32,000 nt of DNA from the NCBI RefSeq assembly GCF_000015585.1, contig NC_008789.1, positions 2,646,453 through 2,678,452 on the forward strand, given 5' to 3'. The notes beneath the pieces were generated by a model. The model did no database searches. It was not told where the DNA came from and saw nothing but the letters and a program-made list of their open reading frames with translations. Below, one piece after another: positions 1 to 7,746 of the stretch; within the stretch, counting starts at the first letter, position 1; each line of letters starts with the position of its first letter. The translations under genes and the position numbers were made by a program. This DNA is from Halorhodospira halophila SL1. Lineage in GTDB: Bacteria; Pseudomonadota; Gammaproteobacteria; Nitrococcales; Halorhodospiraceae.

Positions 1-162
1 CATGACGCAGCCGTCGAGGACCAGCAGTCGTCCCCAGCGCCGGGTCCGGTAGACCTCGATGTGCTGGTACTCGCTCTGCTCTTCGTGGACCCGCTCGTCG
101 ATGGCCAAAGAGAAGGCGACGCCCTCGTCCTCGACCGCTTCGGTAAACCATCCCTCGCGCAT
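1..162 (-). CDS. speE: Spermidine synthase, N-terminal fragment. The gene continues past the left edge.
   Basis: My own reverse-strand translation gives MREGWFTEAVEDEGVAFSLAIDERVHEEQSEYQHIEVYRTRRWGRLLVLDGCVM. This matches the conserved SpeE N-terminus (W-x-E, Q-x-I-x-V/I, G-R-x-L-x-LDG). GGAGG lies 5 nt upstream of the ATG at 162. The ORF is too short or truncated to appear in the ORF track. Confidence 0.7.
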   Translation of the reverse strand, partial: MREGWFTEAVEDEGVAFSLAIDERVHEEQSEYQHIEVYRTRRWGRLLVLDGCVM

Positions 163-284
163 CGCGCCTCCGCCAATGGGGTTGTTGTCCGGCTCCGCTC
201 GCTGCGGATGCGCGAATGTTACCATCCTCGGGCAGTGTGGCGCGTCGCGCCGCAGTCTCTCCTCCACCAGTTGCAGACGACCCA

Positions 285-2165
285 ATGAGCGACGACTGGA
301 GCAACCGACCCGCCCGCGAGGTGTACAACGTCCCTCGCTGGAGCGAGGGGTATTTCGACATCTCGGCCGCCGGGCGACTGCAGGTCCGCCCCCACCGCGG
401 CAGCGGGCCGGCCGTGGATCTGCGCCGGATCGTCGCCGACCTGCCCGATCAGGGCGTCTCCCCGCCGGTGCTGATCCGCTTCCCGGCGATCCTGCGCGAT
501 CGCGTCGACGCCCTGTGCGACGCCTTCGGCGCGGCCATGGCCGAGGCCGATTACCGCGGCGCCTACCAGCCGGTCTACCCGATCAAGGTCAATCAGCAGC
601 GCTCGGTGATCGAGGAGATCGTCGGCGATGGCCGGCGGGTGGGCCTGGAGGCCGGCAGCAAGCCCGAGCTGATGGCGGTGCTGGCCCTGGCCCCGACCGG
701 GGGCACCGTGATCTGCAACGGCTACAAGGACCCCGAGTACGTCCGCCTGGCCCTGCGCGGCCTGCAGCTGGGGCTGCAGGTCCACCTGGTCCTCGAGAAA
801 CGCTCCGAGGCGCGGATGATCATCCGCGAGGCACGCCGGCTGGGGGTGGCGCCGCGGCTGGGGCTGCGGGTCCGCCTGGCCTCCATGGGTGCCGGCAAGT
901 GGCAGAACACCGGCGGGGAACGCTCGAAGTTCGGCCTGACCGCCGCCGATGCCCTGGCGGTGGTGGAGGAGCTGCGCGAGGCGGATCTGCTGGAGCGCCT
1001 GGAGCTGCTGCACTTCCACCTCGGCTCGCAGATCGCCAACGTCCACGATATCCGCGCGGGTCTCTCGGAGGGGGCACGCTTCTACACTGAGCTACGCCGC
1101 CTGGGGGCGCCGGTGAGCAAGGTGGATGTGGGCGGCGGCCTGGGGGTGGACTACGAAGGCACGCGCTCCCGGGCCTTCTGCTCGATGAACTACAGCATCG
1201 CCGAGTACGCCCATAACGTGGTGGCCGCCCTCAAGGCGGTCTGCGACGAGGCCGGGCTGCCACACCCGACGCTGATCACCGAGAGCGGCCGCGCCATGAC
1301 CGCCCACCATGCGGTGCTGGTGACGCCGGTGATCGACACCGACAGCCGCGAGGCCAGCGCCCCGGAACCGCCGCCGGCGGACGCCCCCAAGGTCTTGCGC
1401 GAGCTCTACCGCACCCTGGAGGAGCACGCCCAGCGCCCGGCCACCGAGGCCTACCACGACGCCTGCCACTACCTGCAGGAGGCGCGCGGGCTTTACCTCC
1501 ACGGGGTCCTGGATCTGCCCCAGCGGGCCTACGCCGAGCGCTGCTATCAGGCCATCGGCACGCGGCTGCGCGGGCGGCTCAACCCCGGTCGCCCCCACCA
1601 GCGAGAGGTGCTCGACGCCCTCAACGAGGGGTTGGCCGACAAGCTGTTCGCCAACTTCTCGGTGTTCCAGTCGATCCCCGACGTGTGGGCGATCGATCAG
1701 ATCTTTCCCATCGTCCCCCTCTCGGGGCTCGACCGGCCGGCCTGCCGGCGTGGCGTGGTCCAGGATCTGACCTGCGACTCCGACGGCACCGTCTCGCTCT
1801 ACGTCGACGGCGACGGGGTGGAGGGCACCCTGCCCCTGCCCGAGCCGGAACCCGGCGAACCGCTATGGCTGGGCATCTTCCTGGTCGGTGCCTATCAGGA
1901 GATCCTCGGCGATCGGCACAATCTCTTCGGCGCCACCGACTCGGTGAACGTGGAGGTCGATGAGCAGGGGCACCGATTCATCACCGCCACGCGCGGCGAC
2001 AGCATCGGCGGGGTCTTGCGCTCGGTGGGCTTCGACGAGCGGGAGCTCAGCGGCGCGTATCGGCGCCGCATCGCCGCCGCCGATCTCGATGATGCGGCCC
2101 GCCGCGCCTGCCTGGCCGACCTCGAGGCCGGGCTGCTCGGCGGCACCTATCTGGAGGGCCCCTGA
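285..2165 (+). CDS. speA: Biosynthetic arginine decarboxylase (PLP-dependent)
   Basis: Similar to SpeA along its full length. Motifs include YPIKVNQ (PLP lysine), GLEAGSKPEL, LHFHLGSQ, DVGGGLGVDY, ITESGRA, DITCDSDG and VGAYQEILG. I chose the start at ATG 285 (MSDDWSNRPAREVYNVPRWSEGYF) rather than ORF-track 216, because homology begins there. No clear Shine-Dalgarno (SD) sequence is visible. Confidence 0.93.
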   Translation: MSDDWSNRPAREVYNVPRWSEGYFDISAAGRLQVRPHRGSGPAVDLRRIVADLPDQGVSPPVLIRFPAILRDRVDALCDAFGAAMAEADYRGAYQPVYPIKVNQQRSVIEEIVGDGRRVGLEAGSKPELMAVLALAPTGGTVICNGYKDPEYVRLALRGLQLGLQVHLVLEKRSEARMIIREARRLGVAPRLGLRVRLASMGAGKWQNTGGERSKFGLTAADALAVVEELREADLLERLELLHFHLGSQIANVHDIRAGLSEGARFYTELRRLGAPVSKVDVGGGLGVDYEGTRSRAFCSMNYSIAEYAHNVVAALKAVCDEAGLPHPTLITESGRAMTAHHAVLVTPVIDTDSREASAPEPPPADAPKVLRELYRTLEEHAQRPATEAYHDACHYLQEARGLYLHGVLDLPQRAYAERCYQAIGTRLRGRLNPGRPHQREVLDALNEGLADKLFANFSVFQSIPDVWAIDQIFPIVPLSGLDRPACRRGVVQDLTCDSDGTVSLYVDGDGVEGTLPLPEPEPGEPLWLGIFLVGAYQEILGDRHNLFGATDSVNVEVDEQGHRFITATRGDSIGGVLRSVGFDERELSGAYRRRIAAADLDDAARRACLADLEAGLLGGTYLEGP

Positions 2166-2200
2166 GCGGGGGCACGGGGCGCAAACAAGGAGGCAACGGC

Positions 2201-3070
2201 ATGAAGGCAGGGGTCATCGGCCTGGGCGCGATGGGCAGCGGCATCGCCGGCAATCTGGCCCGCACCGGTCAGCTGGCGGCGGTCTGGAACCGTACCCGCG
2301 AGAAGGCCGAGGCGTTCGCCGGCGAGCACGGCGTCGCCCTGGCCGACGAGCCAGCCACCGTGGCCGCGGCCGCCGACGTCATCTTCATCAGCGTCGACGC
2401 CGACGCCGACCTGCTGGAGGTGCTCGACGGGCTGGCGGACGGCCTGGAGCCGGGCAAGGTGGTGGTGGACACTTCGACCGTGGCGCCGGATACCGCGCGC
2501 CAGGCTGCGGAGAGCATCGCCCCCCGGGGCGGCGTGTTCCTGGACGCCCCGGTCTCCGGCGGTCCGGAGGGGGCCCGTCAGGGGACCATGGTGATGATGG
2601 TCGGGGGCGATAGCGCGGTACTCGAGCGCATCCGCCCGGTGCTCGACCCCATCTGCAGCGCCGCCCACGCCATGGGGCCGGTGGGTGCCGGCCAGGCCAC
2701 CAAGGCGGTCAACCAGATCATGGTCGCCGGGATCATGCAGGGGGTCGCTGCGGCCCTGGCCTACGGCAAGGGGCAGGGGCTGGATCTGCAGCAGGTCATC
2801 GAGGTGGTCGGCTCGGGGGCCGCCAGCAACTGGCAGCTGCTCCAGCGCGGCCCCAATATGGTTGAGGACCACTTCCCGCCGGGCTTCCGGCTGGCGTTAC
2901 ACCGCAAGGATCTGGGCATCGTCCGCGACGTACTCGCCGCCGAGGGGATCGAGCTGGAGCTGATCGAGCGCACCCTGGCCGACTACGACCGTCTGGTCGA
3001 GCAGGGGCACGGGGATGAGGACATCTCGGCGCTCTACCGGCTGCGCAAGACCGATCTGGGCGCCGACTGA
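2201..3070 (+). CDS. NAD(P)-dependent beta-hydroxyacid dehydrogenase family protein (3-hydroxyisobutyrate / 6-phosphogluconate dehydrogenase-like). Substrate unknown.
   Basis: N-terminal Rossmann motif VIGLGAMGSGIAGNL. Family-typical DAPVSGG and GxxGxGQxxKxxNQ (GAGQATKAVNQ). AAGGAGG lies 7 nt upstream of the ATG. The gene sits 35 nt downstream of speA. Confidence 0.85.
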   Translation: MKAGVIGLGAMGSGIAGNLARTGQLAAVWNRTREKAEAFAGEHGVALADEPATVAAAADVIFISVDADADLLEVLDGLADGLEPGKVVVDTSTVAPDTARQAAESIAPRGGVFLDAPVSGGPEGARQGTMVMMVGGDSAVLERIRPVLDPICSAAHAMGPVGAGQATKAVNQIMVAGIMQGVAAALAYGKGQGLDLQQVIEVVGSGAASNWQLLQRGPNMVEDHFPPGFRLALHRKDLGIVRDVLAAEGIELELIERTLADYDRLVEQGHGDEDISALYRLRKTDLGAD

Positions 3071-3075
3071 GCGCC

Positions 3076-3100
3076 GGTCCCCGGGCCGACCCCGGGGACC
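3076..3100. terminator. Perfect 10-bp GC-rich hairpin between convergent genes. Candidate bidirectional terminator.
   Basis: GGTCCCCGGG-ccgac-CCCGGGGACC: 10 perfect base pairs and a 5-nt loop. It lies in the 42-nt gap between the stop of the dehydrogenase gene (3070) and the stop of the minus-strand membrane-protein gene (3113). There is no U-tract, so intrinsic termination is not assured. Confidence 0.5.
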
Positions 3101-3112
3101 GCAACGCGGCCC

Positions 3113-3460
3113 CTAGCCGAGGGTGCGCAGACGGCGGCTGCTGCGCTCGCCCATCTCCGGCAGACCGCGCAGGAGCAGCCAGAAGACCAGGGCCGGGTAG
3201 GTCAGCAGCAGGCCGACCACGGCCCAGATGATCCGCGGCACCGGCCGCTTCTCGATCACGACGATGGCCGCCAGGAAGCAGAGCACGCCCAAGTAGTAGG
3301 CGGCCAGCACCACCTGCACCCAGGGGCTGTCGATCAGGGTCTCCAGCTCCATCGCCACGCCTGCCGGGTCACCGAAGACGTCGGTGGCGTAGAGGGTGTA
3401 GCCCAGAAACCCCAGGCAGGCGACGGTGGCGAGCAACAGGATGCTGCGCAACACAATCAT
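3113..3460 (-). CDS. Small integral membrane protein of unknown function, about 115 aa with about 3 hydrophobic helices
   Basis: The ORF has three long hydrophobic stretches: ILLLATVACLGFLGYTLY, VQVVLAAYYLGVLCFLAAIVVI and IIWAVVGLLLTYPALVFWLLL. I placed the start at ATG 3460 (MIVLRS...) because GGAGGAGGG lies 5 nt upstream. The ORF-track start at 3541 has no SD and would encode a Gly-rich leader. I do not recognise the family with confidence. Confidence 0.6.
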   Translation of the reverse strand: MIVLRSILLLATVACLGFLGYTLYATDVFGDPAGVAMELETLIDSPWVQVVLAAYYLGVLCFLAAIVVIEKRPVPRIIWAVVGLLLTYPALVFWLLLRGLPEMGERSSRRLRTLG

Positions 3461-3524
3461 GAAGTCCCTCCTCCAGAAATAGACCGGGGCGCCCGACCCG
3501 CCGCCGAGCGGCCCGGCACCAAAC

Positions 3525-3585
3525 CGCTGAACCCTGAACATCCAACGCCCAGCACCGAGCCCGACGCTGAACGCTGATCCCTGAA
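3525..3585 (-). repeat. Heptamer-based direct repeats: two copies of a 14-mer, 13/14 identical, plus one extra heptamer
   Basis: Minus strand reads TTCAGGG-ATCAGCG-TTCAGCG (3585..3565), then 26 nt, then TTCAGGG-TTCAGCG (3538..3525). The two 14-mers start 47 nt apart. All copies lie in the 135-nt intergenic region between the SPOR gene stop and the small membrane-protein start. Confidence 0.6.
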
Positions 3586-3595
3586 CCCCGAAGGG

Positions 3596-4237
3596 TTAGC
3601 CATCCTGCCGCAGCATCAGCGGCTGGATGTCGTTGTCCTCCATGCGCGTCCGCGCCTCCTCCAGCCGATCGCTATCCTCGAACGGGCCGACCCGGACGCG
3701 GTGCCACTCCTCGCCCTCATCCAGCTCGACGGTGTGGATCTGCGCCGGCAGGCCGACCAGGGCCAGGGTGGCGCGCATGCTCTCGGCGTCGTCGTGCCGT
3801 TGGAATGAGCCGGCCTGAAGGAGGTAGCTGCGCCCCTCCTCGAAGGTGGCGGCGCGGGAGATCTCGTCCTCCTCCTCGTCCTGGGTGCGCCGCTCATCGG
3901 CGCGGCCCAGATCCTCCTCGGGGACGGTGACCTCATCCTGCATCAGCAGTTCGTAGAAGTCGTAGCTGCGCTCGCTCTCCTCGGCCGCCGGCTCGTCCTC
4001 CGGCTCCGGCTCCATCTCGGCAGCCGGATCCACCGGGGCGGCATCCTCGCGCCCCTGCTGGTACTGGACGAAGAGCAGCGCGACGGCACCGATCACCCCG
4101 CCGATCAGCAGCCACACGAAGCCGGGCACGGCGCGCCGCTCGGTTCGCCGTGCCTGGGCCCCGCCACCGCGGCTGCGGGCGGGGGTGCGGGCCTTGCTGC
4201 GCGTGTTGCCCCGGGGCTTGGTGCTCTTCTGCGCCAT
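3596..4237 (-). CDS. SPOR domain-containing protein (FtsN/DedD-like septal peptidoglycan-binding protein)
   Basis: The protein has a basic N-terminus, one TM helix (FVWLLIGGVIGAVALLFV), an acidic Pro/Glu linker and a C-terminal SPOR-like domain (YLLQAGSFQRHDDAESMRATLALVGLPAQIHTVELDEGEEWHRVRVGPFED). It sits 9 nt downstream of argS, an arrangement common in gammaproteobacteria. Confidence 0.85.
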   Translation of the reverse strand: MAQKSTKPRGNTRSKARTPARSRGGGAQARRTERRAVPGFVWLLIGGVIGAVALLFVQYQQGREDAAPVDPAAEMEPEPEDEPAAEESERSYDFYELLMQDEVTVPEEDLGRADERRTQDEEEDEISRAATFEEGRSYLLQAGSFQRHDDAESMRATLALVGLPAQIHTVELDEGEEWHRVRVGPFEDSDRLEEARTRMEDNDIQPLMLRQDG

Positions 4238-4246
4238 GGTCCGTCG

Positions 4247-6001
4247 CTACATGCTCTGCGGGGCGTCGACACCGAGCAGCCCCAGGCCGTTGGCCAGGAC
4301 CTGCCGGGTGGCCTGCACCAGCGTCAGGCGGGCGTCACGCAGCGCCTCGTCGTCGATGATGAACGGCACCGCGTTGTAGTAGGTGTGGAAGGCGGCAGCC
4401 AGCTCGCGCAGGTACTGCGCCACCTGGTGCGGCTCCCGCGCCAGCGCCGCCGATTCGATCACCTCCGGGTACCGGCCGAGGAGATCGAGGAGGATCGCCT
4501 CGTGCTCGGCGTCGAGGCGTTCCAGCGCCGCCTCGTCGGGAGTGACGCGGCAGGCCAGGCCGCGCTCCTCGAGCTGGCGGAAGACGCTGCAGATGCGCGC
4601 GTGGGCGTACTGGCAGTAGTAGACGGGGTTGTCCGCCGACTCCGACTTGGCCAGGTCCAGGTCGAAGTCCATGTGCTGCTCCGAGCGGCGCATGACATAG
4701 AAGAACCGCGCCGCGTCCTTGCCCACCTCGTCTCGCAGCTCGCGCAGGGTGACGAACTCCCCCGAACGGGTGGACATGGGCAGCTTCTCGCCGCCGCGGT
4801 AGAGGATGGCGAACTGCACCAGGCGCACATCCAGGCGCTCCGCATCCACCCCCAGCGCCTTCAGGGCGGCCTGGACCCGCGGCACGTAACCGTGGTGGTC
4901 GGCCCCCCAGACGTTGACCAGGGTGTCGAAGCCGCGCTCGATCTTGTCCAGGTGGTAGGCGACGTCGGCGGCGAAGTACGTCGTCAGGCCGTTGTCCCGG
5001 CGCAGGACCCGGTCCTTGTCGTCGCCGAATACCGAGGCCTGGAACCACAGGGCGCCGTCGGCCCGGTAGGTGTAGCCGGCCTGATCGAGCCGCTCCAGGG
5101 CATGCTCGATACGGCCCTGATCGACCAGCTGCCGCTCGGAGAAGTAGCGATGGTAGTGGACCCCGAAGGCGTCCAGATCGGCGCGGATGTCCCCGAGGAT
5201 GGCCTCCAGGGCAAAGTCGAGGACGCGCCGATAGGCGGTCTCGCCGAGGAGCTCGCGGGAACGGGCCACCAGGGCGTCGAGATACCCCTCCGGGTCATCG
5301 TCCTCCGCCGGCAGCCCGGCACCGAGCTCGGCGGCGGTCCGCACGTGTTCGCGGCCGTCGGCCTCGAACAGTTCGCGGGCGTGGGTGACGATGTAATCCC
5401 CCTGGTACCCCTTGTTCGGGAAAGAGACCGGCTCGCCGGCGGCCTCGAGGTAGCGCAGCCACAGCGAGGCGGCCAGGATGTCCATCTGCCGCCCGGCGTC
5501 GTTGACGTAGTACTCGCGGTGGACGTGGTAGCCGGCCGCCTCGAGAACGCTGGCCAGGGCGTCGCCGAAGGCGGCCCCCCGCCCGTGGCCCACGTGCAGC
5601 GGACCGGTGGGGTTGGCGGAGACGAACTCGATATGCACCCGATGCCCCGCCCCCACGTCGCTGCGCCCGTACTCGGCGCCCTGGCGCAGGGCCACGCGGA
5701 CGCTCTCCTGACGTGCCGCGGTGGTCAGGGTGAAGTTCAGGAAGCCGGGGCCGGCGATCTCCACGCCGGCGATGGCCTCGGAGGCCGGCAGGCGGCTGCG
5801 GATGGTCTCGGCCAGGTCCCGCGGTTTCTGCCGCGCGGGCTTGGCCAGGACCATCGCGGTGTTGGCGGCGTAATCACCGTGGGCGCGGTCGCGGGCGCGC
5901 TCCACCTGTACCTCGGGCAGCTCGAGGTCCGCCGGCAGTTCGCCGGCCTCGCGCATGGCCTTCAGGGCCTGCGCCAGGAGACTGGCCACGTGTCGCTTCA
6001 T
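4247..6001 (-). CDS. argS: Arginine--tRNA ligase
   Basis: Class I HIGH motif region [18 protein letters not shown]-equivalent PMSTRSGEF. The C-terminal anticodon-binding region ends in the canonical ...[12 protein letters not shown] lies 7 nt upstream of the ATG. Confidence 0.96.
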   Translation of the reverse strand: MKRHVASLLAQALKAMREAGELPADLELPEVQVERARDRAHGDYAANTAMVLAKPARQKPRDLAETIRSRLPASEAIAGVEIAGPGFLNFTLTTAARQESVRVALRQGAEYGRSDVGAGHRVHIEFVSANPTGPLHVGHGRGAAFGDALASVLEAAGYHVHREYYVNDAGRQMDILAASLWLRYLEAAGEPVSFPNKGYQGDYIVTHARELFEADGREHVRTAAELGAGLPAEDDDPEGYLDALVARSRELLGETAYRRVLDFALEAILGDIRADLDAFGVHYHRYFSERQLVDQGRIEHALERLDQAGYTYRADGALWFQASVFGDDKDRVLRRDNGLTTYFAADVAYHLDKIERGFDTLVNVWGADHHGYVPRVQAALKALGVDAERLDVRLVQFAILYRGGEKLPMSTRSGEFVTLRELRDEVGKDAARFFYVMRRSEQHMDFDLDLAKSESADNPVYYCQYAHARICSVFRQLEERGLACRVTPDEAALERLDAEHEAILLDLLGRYPEVIESAALAREPHQVAQYLRELAAAFHTYYNAVPFIIDDEALRDARLTLVQATRQVLANGLGLLGVDAPQSM

Positions 6002-6024
6002 GGAGGGTCTCCGCTCGGGTCAGG

Positions 6025-6055
6025 AAAAGCCCGGTATTATCCCGCCGCGCCGGGC
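6025..6055 (-). terminator. Possible weak intrinsic terminator after cydC
   Basis: Minus strand reads GCCCGG-(15-nt loop)-CCGGGC followed by TTTT. The stem is only 6 bp and the loop is large, so it is weak. The loop contains the putative argS -10 box. Confidence 0.3.
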
Positions 6056-6065
6056 AAAATGCCAA
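6036..6065 (-). promoter_or_regulatory. Putative sigma70-type promoter for argS
   Basis: Minus strand reads TTGGCA (6065..6060), an 18-nt spacer, then GATAAT (6041..6036). The -10 box lies about 35 nt upstream of the argS ATG at 6001. This is a pattern match only. Confidence 0.4.
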
Positions 6066-6078
6066 GCCGGAGGGCGGA

Positions 6079-7746
6079 TTATTCGCCGCCAGGGGCGATA
6101 AGTTCGAAGAACGGCAGGCGCCGATCGTGCGGCGGGGCGCTGTCCGGGTCGTGGCTGATGATGAGCGCGGTGCGCTCGGCCAGCCATGGCGCCAGCCGCC
6201 GGGCGACCTCGGCGGCCGTGGCATCGTCGAGTCCGCGGAAGGGCTCGTCGAGAAGGACTACCGGGGCGTCGGTCAGCACCAGACGAGCCAGGGCCAGCCG
6301 CCGCGCCTCGCCGCCGGAGAGGCGTCCGCCCCCCTCCCCGACCCACTCGTCGAGGCCCCGCGGGGCGCTACGCACCCGTTCGTCGAGGCCGACGGTGTGC
6401 AGCGCCTGCCACATGCGGGCCTCGTCCGCCCGGGGATCGACGATGCGCAGGTTGCCGGCAACGCTGTCGGCGAAGAGTTCGGTGCGCTGGGTCAGGTAGG
6501 TGATGCGCGCAAAACGCTCCGCCTCGGCCAGGGCGTGGACGGGGACCCCCTCCAGGGTGACCGTCCCGGCATCGGGCCGGATCAAGCCCGCCACGAGATC
6601 GAGCAGGGTCGACTTGCCGCAGCCGGAAGGACCGTGGATCACCACCGTCTCGCCCGGGGCGACGGTCAGCGAGCCATCACGGAGGACCGGGGGCGTATGC
6701 GCCGCGTGGCGAAACGTGACCCCCGCCAGGGCTAGGCCGAGGGCCTGGCGGGGGGGCGGATCCACCACCGCCGCGGATTCGTCGGCGGCGGTATCGGCGT
6801 GCTCGAGCAGGCGGCGTGCCGCGGCCCGGGTGCGACCCAGGTGCTGCCACGCCCCCGGCAGCGCAGTCAGCGCCTCGCCACCGGCCAGGGCGGCGAGGGC
6901 CACCAGCGCCAGCAGCGGACCGCTGATGGCCTCGGCCTGGTAGAGCGGGATACCGACCACCAGCGCCGCGAGCAGCGCACCGTGGGCGAGCAGTCCCACC
7001 GCCCCCTCGCCGGCCCCGGTCAGGCGGGCCGCCCGGGCCCGCGCCGCCGCGAGGCCATCAGCGGCCGCCATCAGGCGCTGCTCGTGGCGGCCCACCGCAC
7101 CGCAGGCCCGCAACTCGGCCAGCCCCTGGACGGCATCGACACCGGCCCCGCGCAGGGCCGGCAGGTGCCGGTCCACCGCCTCGCCGTGCGGCGAACCGCG
7201 ACGCCAGGCCCACAGCGGCAGGAGAATCCCACCGGCCAGCAGCACCGCTCCGACCGCCAGCCCCGCCGGACCAGCCAGCAGGACCAGCACGGCGATGGTC
7301 CCCCCCAAGGTCACCACGGCGGCCAGGCTCGGGCCGATGATCCGCAGGTAGAGGTTGTCCAGGGCCTCGACGTCGGCGGTCATGCGATTGAGCAGGTCGC
7401 TGCGGCGCAGCCGGCCGACGCGGGCCAGAGGCAGCGGCGCCAGGGTTCGGAACAGCCAGCCGCGCAGGCGCGCCAGGGTGCGCAGGACCGCATCGTGGTG
7501 GACCAGGCGCTCGAAGTAACGGGAAATCGACCGCGCCAGGGCGAAGAAGCGGATGCCGGCGCTCGGCCGGTAGATGTCCAGGTAGGCCCCGGTCAGCCCG
7601 GCGACCGCGGTGGCGGTGATGAACCAGCCGGAAAGCCCCATCAGGCCGATGCTGGCCGCAAGGCTGACGATCAGCAGCAGCGTGCCGAGGGCCAGGCGCC
7701 AGCACTCCGGGCGCAGATCGCGCAGGAAGGGCATCAGTTCACGCAC
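6079..7746 (-). CDS. cydC: Thiol-reductant (cysteine/glutathione) ABC exporter subunit CydC
   Basis: The N-terminus resembles E. coli CydC (SLAASIGLMGLSGWFITATAVAG, SRYFERLVHHDAVLR, LLNRMTADVEALDNLYLR). Walker A is GPSGCGKST, the signature is LSGGEARRLALAR and Walker B is VLLDEP. It overlaps the cydD stop by 8 nt. Confidence 0.92.
   Translation of the reverse strand: MRELMPFLRDLRPECWRLALGTLLLIVSLAASIGLMGLSGWFITATAVAGLTGAYLDIYRPSAGIRFFALARSISRYFERLVHHDAVLRTLARLRGWLFRTLAPLPLARVGRLRRSDLLNRMTADVEALDNLYLRIIGPSLAAVVTLGGTIAVLVLLAGPAGLAVGAVLLAGGILLPLWAWRRGSPHGEAVDRHLPALRGAGVDAVQGLAELRACGAVGRHEQRLMAAADGLAAARARAARLTGAGEGAVGLLAHGALLAALVVGIPLYQAEAISGPLLALVALAALAGGEALTALPGAWQHLGRTRAAARRLLEHADTAADESAAVVDPPPRQALGLALAGVTFRHAAHTPPVLRDGSLTVAPGETVVIHGPSGCGKSTLLDLVAGLIRPDAGTVTLEGVPVHALAEAERFARITYLTQRTELFADSVAGNLRIVDPRADEARMWQALHTVGLDERVRSAPRGLDEWVGEGGGRLSGGEARRLALARLVLTDAPVVLLDEPFRGLDDATAAEVARRLAPWLAERTALIISHDPDSAPPHDRRLPFFELIAPGGE

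Noticed and set aside
216-284. N-terminal extensions offered by the ORF track: speA from 216, LOG from 14813, uvrD from 18174, oxyR from 19114, parB from 31342, membrane protein from 3541
   Set aside because: In each case homology begins at a downstream ATG. Where an SD exists it precedes that ATG. The extensions overlap the upstream gene or are compositionally aberrant.
4385-6499. A 704-aa plus-strand ORF antisense to argS and the 3' end of cydC
   Set aside because: It is antisense to well-supported genes. The composition is typical of a GC-rich antisense frame, and I recognise no domain.
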